Assembly (NCBI GenBank): GCA_028534125.1
Contig: CM052816.1
Location: 50,718,001-50,782,000, forward strand
Length of the DNA: 64,000 nt
From: Lama glama
Lineage: Eukaryota
Reading direction: 5' to 3'
Positions within the stretch are counted from its first letter, which is position 1, and every line of letters begins with the position of its first letter. Both the position numbers and the translations under genes were made by a program. Below the pieces are notes generated by a model. It worked only from the letters and a program-made list of their open reading frames with translations, did no database searches and was not told where the DNA came from. This document shows positions 53,647-64,000 of this stretch, piece by piece.

Positions 53647-54034
53647 AGAGAGATATATTTGACATCAATGAACCTGTCAGGACTAGAATGATTTCCTCAG
53701 AAAAAAAAAATAAAGAAGTAAGGCTGGAAAAGGTAGAGCTGTATCGTGTAGGGGTCTGGGAGGTTTTCAGCAGTTAATATCCTACGAAGTAACTTGCTTC
53801 CCAGGAAGGTGTGATAGCCTCAGCTAGTGACTAGCTTACAATGGGTGAGTAGGTTTGTTTTTGGTTTTGGTTTTTGTTTAACATACTAAGGAACTGAAAA
53901 AGTAACGAGGAAACGGAAGGCTCCAGACAATGTTGAGAGCTTGGAACAAGAGAAGGTGAGCATATCCAGAAACCCACCCATGAAGAAGAAAATTATTTCT
54001 AAAATGATTCCTTTCCACTTTATTGTCTCCAGAC

Positions 54035-54170
54035 TGTGAGGAAGGAGAAAACTGCAGCACAGAGAATTTTGTAATTTGCACAAACATGAATCTTCAGTTA
54101 CTAAATAGTAGAGCTGTGTTTTGAACTCAGGCTGCCTGACTCCACAGCCCACATATTTAATCATTAGACA
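54035..54170 (-). mobile_element. MIR SINE
   Basis: gagaaaactgcagcacagaga...taatttgc...tttgaactcaggctgcctgactccacagccc. Confidence 0.7.
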
Positions 54171-54519
54171 ATATTACCTTTTGCTGGAATCTTTACAATA
54201 TTTCTAGCAAAGGGAGAGAGGTGAAAATTAAGAAATAGTTTTTTTCTTTCCTAAATCACTGGTCAATAACTGAGTTATTTTCCCCCCTCTATTCTGAATA
54301 GATTTGTTTTCAATTTTAGTTTCTGTATACTCCTAGATTTTTTTTGTATTCATAACATTAGTTTGGTATAATGCCTTATAGCTCTGAGTCTATCTTAAGA
54401 CTCTGACTCTGCCTCATGGCCCATTTCTTGATGTAGTTCATTAACTTCAACTTTTACTGTGTATTTTCTAGATTAAATCCTCAAGAGGAAATACATTCGG
54501 TCTAGTTCATCTTTTAGGA

Positions 54520-54620
54520 CCAGGACAGTGTTCTAAGCCCCAGGCAGGAATTGGATGTTCTTGGGTCACATGTCCACCCTGATCCAATTAGCTATGGTTG
54601 CTAGGGAGGTTTTCCTGGAG
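54520..54620 (-). mobile_element. Ancient MLT1 LTR fragment
   Basis: cttgggtcacatgtccaccctgatccaattagctatgg motif. Confidence 0.55.
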
Positions 54621-55450
54621 ATGTAAAACAGGGCAAACGAGGCACGAAAGACTGTGGGTGTGGAAAATTTCCTTATGTGATGGGCAGGGCAGGTACTGTA
54701 GTCAGACTGAGTCCAAAAGGATAAAGCCACAAGAGGATACTATTCAATACTAGGTGGTGGTTCCTTTTCCCTTAAACTCCTTCGAAAGCGTTGGGAGGGA
54801 AGCAGCAGAGTCTCACCACTAAAGGCTTCTTACTGCCTTCCTGCTCCTCTACATCAGCCCCTTGAAAGGAGGTGCCCCAGTACCTAGCTTAGTGCTTTGA
54901 CTCTCACATACTTGTCTAGATCCAAAGGCAGAAAGATTAAGTAGGAAAAAAAAATATTTAACCTTCTTTCTTTAGTAAGTTTATCTTGTCAGAAATGAGT
55001 AATGATTTGAACAGGATTAGGCAAATTCTGCAGGTAGAAATCCATTCAATGGACCCTACTGATACACAGTTAGACTTTCTCCCAAAACAGCTGCTGCTGA
55101 CTCTTTACCACCTTATGATCCTACATAATTTACATTCCTGCATAAACATTATTTTTGCCACCACTGAACCAACTTCAAATTGCTTTTTACTTAACCTAAT
55201 AATCTGAACCACGATGCCAAGCCTGATTCATAAGCCATGACTAGAAAGATCTGAAGCAGCATGATCTAAGATAAAGTAAGGAAAGAAACTATTGATCTTA
55301 GCAGAAATCACTTTCAAAATACAACTGTTGTTATTGTATTGAAACTTTAAATTTAGATAGAGGTTAACCATATATCCATAGGAAGAGGCTAATTGAAAAG
55401 TATATTTTATTAAAGCTACCATATTTTCTGTAGTTTTTTTACAGTTAAAC

Positions 55451-55675
55451 TAGAAGTTTTCAAGTGGTGACAATTTTGCCCCCCAGGAGACATTTGGTGG
55501 TGTCTGAAGATATTTTCATTTGCCACAATGGAGTTTGAGGGTGAGAAGGCAATACTGGCATCTAGTAGGTAGAGGCTAGCGACATTGCTAAACATCCTTC
55601 AATGCACAGGACAGCGCCAACAACAAAGACTTACCCAGTCTCGTATACCAATGGTGCCAAGGTTGAGAAACTCTG
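55451..55675 (+). mobile_element. MER20 hAT-Charlie DNA transposon, near full length
   Basis: attttgccccccaggagacatttgg...tactggcatctagt...gtagaggc...tgctaaacatcct...aatgcacaggacagc...gtgccaaggttgagaaactctg. Confidence 0.92.
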
Positions 55676-56369
55676 AGTCAGCCACAATAGGAATCTGAAG
55701 GTGGACCATAAACTGACCATGTAGGTAACAATAAAAGGGTAAGGTGGGCTGGGTGGGATCATGTCAATCTAAAGAGTACAGCTCCTCCCAAAGTGTCCAG
55801 CTGCTCCTCAGCTCCAGTCTATTGATTCCACATGGAGATAAGAGACTGAGTTTACGCATGCACAGAAATATGGATTTTTATGTGAACACTATCAGTTTTG
55901 AAATGTTGGCAAGGTATGCAAAATATTTATTGAATTTCTTGGACTAGTAATCAATAAGTAAATCAACAGACATTCAATTTTAAGATATCTGGTCATTTTC
56001 ATGGACAGAGGTCTATAGTGATGGATAGGGCCATATCTAGAGATGGGTATAAATGGAAAGAAAAGAGTAAGAAATGTGTGTATGTGTGGGGGTGGATTTG
56101 AAGGGATGGGGAAGGCAGAAGAGAGATCATGTTGGGTATGATTTTCTAAAACTTTCCAAATTTATTCTCAAGATTTTATTTTAGACCAAATAATCTATAT
56201 TGCCAAGACAACAGAAATGTTTTCATGAAAAACTTGCCTACAGAATAAAATTATCAAATAGTAAAATTATAGCACTTTAGAAATACTCTATATACTAGAG
56301 CAGTAACACCTTCTGAAAGTTTTCTAGAAAGCCTTTAAAAATAATGGGAGGACCTCAAAATACTCAAAG

Positions 56370-56560
56370 TATGCCCCTATCAACAACATAAGAGAATGCT
56401 TACTTCTCTATAGGCTTTTCAACATTGCTTATTAGGAATATTTAAAAATTTTGCTTATCTAATAGTAAAAAATGTATATATATAGATTTAATTTCCATTT
56501 CTTTTATTATAGGAGGAGTTAACCATATTTTCATATTTTACCAACCATTTATCAGCTCAT
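56370..56560 (-). mobile_element. Old L1ME fragment
   Basis: aacaacataagagaatgc...ttttgcttatctaatag...ttaatttccatttcttttattat. Confidence 0.55.
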
Positions 56561-57599
56561 ATTATATGTTTATTTTTATTTTTGAATTTAGAATTAGAAA
56601 TTGAGCTACCAAAGAGACCCTTCTCACTCTGAGTCTGGCAGGGTGCACTGACAGTTAGGACAGTGGGTCTTCACCATAATCAAAGCCTCAAGCTAGTTTG
56701 GTAGTATGCAGAAAACCCAGAAACTTCTAGTCCACTAAATGCTAATTTGACCCAGAGTATCGCTTGGCTTTCAGGTCACTTTATAAAGGACAATGGCCTA
56801 AGCCCAAGAGGGAGCTACCAGGTCAGACACTAACAAAGGAATCTGCGATACGTTAAGAGGGCTACCAACAGAGTGCTGAAAATATTTTTGCTTTTCCTAA
56901 AAGTTCATGTTTCCTTCTAAACAACTTTCCATCTTCAAAATTTCCAGAAATTCTCTTACTTTATCTTACCTATTGGGGAGGTACAGACACAAGAGAAAAT
57001 TCAACAAAAAGCAATGATAGCTCACATGAACGGCCAAAGAGTCATAGTACGTAAAACATTTTGTGAGTAAAAAAAATTTTAAATTGTAAATGATAAACTT
57101 GGGTTTAGATAAAAATTAAGAATGAGTATTCCCCATTTCCCAATAAATTTTTGGAAAGTAAGATTTTATTTGCAATATTAAGAAGTATTAATGATTGTCC
57201 TCAAACTTGCCCCTTTCTCCTCTCTACCAACTCACCAGGGAGCTACATGTCTAATTTGAAAAGTTCCTTAATTATGTTGCTCATCCTCTTCTCTCCCTAC
57301 TGGCTTCCCTCACCAACCCCTGCTCCAAATTGCTGAATTGAACTCATTCTTAATTACAAAGACAGAAAACTGTTTACACCTGATTTTCCCTCCTCCACCT
57401 GCTTATAGAACATTAATAAATAAAAATGGGAGAGAGAAGTAAAGTGCCAAGGAACTAGGCATTAGGACTCTTAAATGATCCGAAGATCTAGGGGAAAGTT
57501 TATCTTGACAAAAACACTAATAAAAGCCTAAAGCAGAAATACAGAAATATCCAAGAGACCTAGGATATTCATGCTAATTAACTCCAAGTTTGGAACCCT

Positions 57600-58790
57600 A
57601 CCTCAGAGACAACAGGTGTGAGCTCAGCAGGGAAGCCTGCACTTCACACTAGAGGTGCTTTCCTACATGGGGTAGAAAGGTCACAATCCTGACCTTTGGA
57701 ATTGGATAGAACCTGGTTCCCATCGAAAATCCAAGGGAAATACTGAGCTCAGTTTTGGAGTGTTGTAGTCTGTGACAGTGGTGGCTCCCAGTGGTTTCCA
57801 TAAATACCTCTGAGAATTTACACCCTTTGTTGCCCTTGAAGGGAACAACATTTTCAAACCAGGTTCCCAGTAGGAAGGACACCAAATCAAGGATAATCCA
57901 TTGTTTTTTCAGGCTGGCAACTTCTGGGTGCTACAGTATGGGACAGAATCAGTCAAGCTGGCAGGCATGTGCCCACTGCCTCCCCTTTTCTATTTTAAAT
58001 CGGGATCCTCGGTCTGATGGGATGATAGTTAGGATGACATGTCAGTGGATCAAACACTCTGTAAGCCCTTGGATAGGGCCACCTACCATCTTGATCCTTT
58101 ATGTCCCTTGGTGTTGATGTCAACCTGGACCCTGTGATAGCAGACTTCAAAATACCTGTATATTCTCCTTTTCTCAGAATACAGTTACGTGAGTAAATAG
58201 CCTCCTTTGGGAAGGGTCAGGGAGAATTGTTACTCTATGTATTTACTGTTATATTGCACAGTCCTTCGTCTTGAGGACCTACCTTATCCTATGGTCAGTG
58301 AGCTCTGAGCCTAAATCAGCTCAGTTTCTAAAACTGGGAAATGGACTTTGACTTTTTATTCGACAACTGCCCTCAGGCCATCTAATTCTATCTATCCTTC
58401 ATTTCTTTTTATTGTATAGATTAATATCCTTGTTGTCTTTCCACTCACTTTGCTGCTAGGGTTGCTAAGTCCTATTATTTATCTCCATAGCTCACTCTAA
58501 CCTTGCCTTTCATTGCTGTACTTGCACCCAACTTGCTTGTGATAGTTAAGGTTCCACCTGACCGCTATTATTTATTTAGGATCTTCTTACCCATTGCTAT
58601 CAGAGGAGTTACTACTAAGTTTTTCAACAAAGCTGGTCCCCTTCTCATCTCACAAGCTTTTATGACTTTGATAATGGACTATTTTCTGGACTCTCTTGGC
58701 TCCACAATTTCTGGATCATTGTTTCATCTGAATATCCAGAATTATCTGAGAAGACCATCATTCAGTGCCACTCTTAATAACCTGTAATTG
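57600..58790 (-). mobile_element. ERVL-class internal remnant (gag-like, HERV16/ERVL-E-like); possibly continuing at about 56600-56900
   Basis: Minus strand ggtcaggtggaaccttaactatcacaagcaagttgggtgcaagtacagcaatg...caacaaggatattaatctatacaa resembles recalled ERVL gag sequence; heavily decayed with no intact ORF. Confidence 0.6.
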
Positions 58791-59439
58791 TGAGTTAGGA
58801 AATTCAAACTTCTGACTGAATATACAAGCAAGGAATATACAGGTAAGAAATCAACTAGATGCACAACTGGACGATCTATCATGGCCAAAAGCTTGAATAC
58901 GATATCAAATCTCCCATTACTATGATGCCATTATCATTATCATAATTAATTTAAAAATCTTATATTGGTTTTAAAACATGTTATTGATGTATGTTTTACA
59001 ACAGGCTTAAAGGATATACACTCAAACTTTGATTATCTTCTTTGGATGCTGAAATTTCCTTTATTGCATGTACTGTTAAGTTATCTAAAATTTCTACTAT
59101 AAATATTTCATTGTATACTAATTTTTAATTTACATTTTTAGTTAAAATTATATCAAGTGCCCATTTCCCAGTAAAATCAATTTTCATTGATTATATATTC
59201 AAAGCACAACAATATTAAGTTTTGAATGTGTTTTTTTCCCACAGTTTTGATATAAATGTCCTCATTCATCAATCTCAGTTGCTTTCAATATAGGCTATTT
59301 CTCACAAACCTTCCATTCAGATTCCTACTCATTTTTCATCATCTTTCAATTCTTTGTTAATTGTTAATCCAAACAATAAAATAATGGTAACTAAAATACA
59401 TGCAGCTTTATAATGAACTTGGCTCTCTGCTAGCTTCAG

Positions 59440-59610
59440 GCTTTTTACACGTTGTTATTTGTAACCACACTATAATCTCAATACTATCATTCTTATTTTA
59501 ACAGATGAGAAAATTAAGATCTAGGCAAGCCACTGTGGTGTGCCCAGTGTGGCACAGATTTAAGTAGCCAAGACACAGTTTGACCATGTGATTCCCAAGC
59601 CACCACCACT
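59440..59610 (-). mobile_element. MIR SINE
   Basis: tactatcattcttattttaacagatgagaaaattaaga...tgccca...cacag. Confidence 0.65.
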
Positions 59611-60179
59611 GCATCCCAACATGCTGCTTCTCAGCACAGATCCCTCAATATTGTGAGGCTGAGATCTTCATTTACTCCAGCTTTTGGGGAATTGGAGACT
59701 GCCTTATTTTAAACCAAAACCATTATCTTTCTGCTGATTGGATGATGTTTAAAAGCAGGCTTAGAGATCATCAGCTCTTGGTGGCGTTTGCACCAATTTT
59801 TCAATGTAGTCAGAACTAAAAGATCAGCCAAGTAGGAGGATAGAGTGAGGACACCATATTCTTTCCATCTTCCACACAGTCCCTCCTTAAAAAGGTATGT
59901 TTATTATTTTGCTAGATGGGTGGGCTTAATGTGGGACCTCACACGTAAATGTCGCAAGGATACAACTCTAGTGATAGCCAAAACTAAGTAACGTTTTTGG
60001 ATGATGTGCTGTTTAGGAAGATTCTTCTGTAAGTATTTAATTGTACACTAAGTTTTATTTAAAATTTTAGATAAAATTACATCAAATTCCTATTTCCCAC
60101 AGTCTCCTCCCTCCCAGACTTGGCTTATGTCTTCTTAGACCCATCCTTCCCTATCTGACTCTTGCTGACATTCTTGCTA

Positions 60180-60300
60180 TCTTCCCCCCAAACACCTTCC
60201 CCCAGACCTTCCAATTTAGGACCTTTGCACATGCTGTCCCTCTGCCTGAAAAGCTTTTCCTTTGATGTCTGACTTGCTCCTTTACCTCACTCAAAGGATT
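60180..60300 (+). mobile_element. L2 fragment
   Basis: aggacctttgcacatgctgtccctctgcctg is an L2 signature. Confidence 0.65.
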
Positions 60301-63300
60301 TATTAAACACCCTGGCTAATTAACAATTCTTCTCCTACCTTTATACAACTTAAAAATCAATCCCACATGTTGTAGAAATCTTTCTAAATAGAAGTGCCAA
60401 GTGTGGGAAGCAGCACATAGGAATGCCAATTGTGAGCCTTAAACGAATCAGATTTTGGAAAAGTTTTTACAGAGAAGAGATGATAAACATTTGAGAGATG
60501 GAGAAATGGAAGTACAGTATTATGATTGCACCTTTTTTTTTTTTTTTTTTAGAATCTCTGTTCTACATGAGATTTATTGTGCATCTTACTCCTTCCCTAT
60601 TACTCAGCTCATCATCTTAGGAAAGCACATACTCCTCTTTGCCTGTGATTAGTCCCTGAAGGGGCCATAACTTGGTTCCAACCCATTTCAGTAGACAAAA
60701 ATTGCAAAATCTAGCCAGGCATCTTATAAATTAATTTATATTCAGACGATTAAGTTGGATAGATAAGCATTCAGAAATTGCAAAAAAGTATATGCCATAC
60801 TGATGGTGGTACAGGAGCAACATTATATATACTTGGTGGCCGTGTTTTCTAAACCAAAAATTGGAGCACATTGTCTAGAAATGGAAGAAAATATTTTAAA
60901 TCTCTATGGCTTTACATAATTTAGCACATACCCCATCTTTAGGAAAATGCATTTAGTGTTCCAGTGAGTGATTGGGAGCTGACCTCATGCAACATGCACG
61001 TGCACATGTGCAGATCTGTGATCTGATGTCTGCAGGAGGGTAGGTAATGGGCTGGCATAGCCAGGACTAAACAGTGTACAATGTGTTCTTCATGGAGTGA
61101 GTCAGATGACTTTTTAAAGGTTGAATTAGATCCACCCAGCAAAATATTTCTACCAAACCAGAGTTTGACTCAGCAAATATTCCCACACAGACTGGCGTTC
61201 CTTTCGGTTCAAGAGGGAAGCTTGATGTGTTACTTTAGAAATTCCTTTTCTCACATGCGGTGTCTGGAATTGTCCATGGGCTACATCTACATGATAAATA
61301 ATGTGGCAGACAAAAGGCTAGGCCTTATTCAATTTTCCAAGGTGTTGAGGATAAGTGCTTTATGATCGAGTGTTTATAAGAAGACAGGATGTGAAAGTCT
61401 ATCCTTGCTCTGGGCCTGGAGGAGACCCCTCAACACCCAATCAGGCTAAATTACATTTCAGGGATGGGGGAAACTTAAAATGACATACCTAGAAATATGT
61501 TCATAAAGTGAAATTTTAGAAGTATATGAAAACACAAAAATATTTTTAAAAATATATGACTTTATCCACTTCTTAGATTTCTTCAGTTGTTGAACATTTC
61601 CCCCCTGGAAATGAACTGAAGAACATCCTTCCGACTTCCTTATCAAAAGAATCTCAAAAATAACCAGAGTTTTAAAACCCACATCTCATTAGGAGTTTCT
61701 CCACATTAATCCAGAAGCTTCAAATATTAAAAAAAACAAAATTAACAAAACCCCTGCCTTGAATGTAAATTCTCTCTCTCTCCTCCAGCACTTTACGTCT
61801 CTCCTGTGACTCTTGGCATACTTGACTGAGTATTCCAGCTCTGTGGAGCTTCTTTTTCTTCTATAGATTATAAGCTCCTAGAAACCAGGAACTATTTTAT
61901 TCATTTAAAAGATAATTTCTTACTGAAATTAGCTGAATGTGATTATACAGTAGAAAAGTAAAAAAGAGTAAATATGATTAAATGTGTGTATTTCAAGGAG
62001 GTAAAACCATTCTGGGATAGGAAGCAGAGACCTGAGTCTACAGAAATCCTGTTTTAATTATGTTCTATCCAGGTCCTGGAGTCTGGTCACTGAGTGGACT
62101 GGATAACAAAGGATTACTATGTTCATGCATCACAAGCATGGGAAAGATCATAAATTATCTTGATGACTCATTTCCTCTAGTCACTCTAGCACCTCCAATA
62201 TGGGGAAAACTTTTCTGTCGTGTTTCTTTAAACTTCTGAGATCTAAATAGGGGGAAGAACCTGAAATTAAGTTTGTTCAATTATTATTTAACACGTATAT
62301 AAAGCTTAAACTCTCTTAGAACAATTGTAATAACCAATTGATCACAAAGGCCATACTTAAGGTGACATATTCCAAATGTCATTTTGCAGAGGAGTGGCTG
62401 GTGATCCAGAGGATGTTTATTTCATTGTAAGTCACCCAGGATGCTCCCCATATACGTGCTGAGTATACAAGGCTGTGTAACAAAGGCCCCCTGTTCTTCA
62501 GAAGAAGATTGAAAAGAAAGTAGAAGGGGAGAGTCTCTTTTATTTATGGATGATTTCTTCTATCAGATTCTCTGAAATGCAATTCAAAGCCTTAAAAGAT
62601 GATGTCATTTCTAGAGCCCTCCGTGCCTATGCCAAATTGACCCACAAAACTTTTTTATTCATGTGCATGTTCATTAAAGACAAACGACTTTATTTTGTTC
62701 TTTAGTTTCTTATCTATTAGTACATTTTTTAGGTAGTTTTTCTTTTTAAGCATTTAGGATAGTCCTAAACAAATAAATGCTGAATGATTAGTTCTGAATT
62801 ACCTACTGTAAACGTCTCCTGGAAATTTGCCTGTGGATTACTGCTCTGTGGCTGCTAATTGTCTCACTTCCTTGCCTTTGTTCTCATTCCAGGATCCTTT
62901 GGCATCTACTTAACTTCATTGTTCTCATTTTTCACTTTTTCATGTAGGCTGAGCTAATTAACTGCAGCATTGGAAGTAGCACAGATATTAATTCTGTACA
63001 ATGCTTTGAAATATACTTCAAATGATATTATGTATTTATGGATAAAAATTTCATTTTATACATTTTCTTCTGATTCTTCACTTTGAAGAGAGGGAACGCA
63101 ATCATTCTCAGGAACCTAAACTACGGCTCACTCACTTTGCTAATAAATAATTCCATGAATTTCACATCTCTCGTTGCCAAAACTTTGGATGTTATAGACA
63201 CGTTTTTCATTAAAGAGCCTACTTTTTATTGTTGGAGTGTATTTCCTGTTTTCCCTTTTCTCAGTTCCCACACCCTGCTTCAGGACTAGCCTCCAGTGAT

Positions 63301-64000
63301 GGATTTACAGAGGGACCTGTTAACAAGGGCAGTAACCACAATCTCCCCCCAGCTACCGCCTGTCAGCGCTCCCACCCAAGTGGATGAAGTCCCTGGGTGG
63401 CTCCTTTTCTCACTTCTTTGCTTTTCTCTTTAGCACCCAGAGCCGTTTTTTGTGTGTGGGGACATCTCACATGAGGACATACTCGATTCTCAAATGAACC
63501 TTAGGGCACCTTGAAATTTGCCTCCCACCACGAAGATTTAGCGAAAATGAAAGAAAACAGAATTTCTACATCTTAGTCTCCCTGAATTTGGAAGCCAAAG
63601 ATATACTTTCTGCTGTTGTTAGAGATGGACTGAGGAGAATCCTACTTGGAACAGCCAGATGCCGAATGAAGAATGTGAAGGCATGCTGGATAAAAATTAC
63701 CTTTTGGGAGATGAGTCCAAAGACTCCAGACTGCCTTCGAGATCATTGTCTTTGTTGGAGACAGATGTAAACTTAACAGATACAGGCTAGTGGGCGAGGT
63801 TTTGTAACAAGCTTGGTATTATTAATACTGAGGGTTATTAGTGCGGCTTCAAATACTCAGTCCTTTAGCACCTGTCTCTTGCCCATTTTTCCTTCTTTAT
63901 GTGACTTGATCTCAGTCTGTCTAAATCAATCAATCTTCACCCACCCCCGCCTCTCTTTTTCAATAGACCTTAAATAATTCAGAACAGAGTGTAACATGGA

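Noticed and set aside
54993..55033. Exon-like segment EMSNDLNRIRQILQ
   Set aside because: Weak donor (gtagaa) and a competing upstream AG; not distinguishable from a pseudo-exon.
390..63770. The many 60-180 aa ORFs in the ORF track
   Set aside because: They show no recognisable homology, many use non-ATG starts or lie in repeats, and their composition looks like random translation. Only the L1 ORF2 pieces are real protein remnants.
1..64000. CRISPR arrays, operons or prokaryotic-type systems
   Set aside because: There are no regularly spaced direct repeats or gene-dense coding sequence; the DNA is mammalian and non-coding.

Overview
This is AT-rich, CpG-depleted placental-mammal DNA, most likely from a camelid: it carries two tRNA-Ala(AGC)-derived SINEs of the vic-1 type and young L1 3' ends of cetartiodactyl type. 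The window reads as intronic or intergenic. I recognise no host protein-coding gene, RNA gene or CpG island, and almost all ORF-track entries are chance ORFs. The only real protein homology is to L1 ORF2 (41.6-43.0 kb, split by a 500-N assembly gap, and 49.0-49.7 kb). Much of the window is interspersed repeats: MIR, L2, old and young L1, MaLR/LTR16/ERV1 solo LTRs, an ERVL internal remnant, MER5 and MER20. The best-supported unusual structures are an inverted copy of the target site at an L1 5' junction (56-nt hairpin, 31541-31596) and a three-layer nested insertion (16.6-19.5 kb). More speculative are plus-strand exon-like and micro-exon-like segments downstream of two TATA boxes (51.5-60 kb), one in an LTR16A that lacks its polyA signal. 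I found no solid evidence of a new biological system. Repeat family calls are from recalled consensus sequences and boundaries are approximate.
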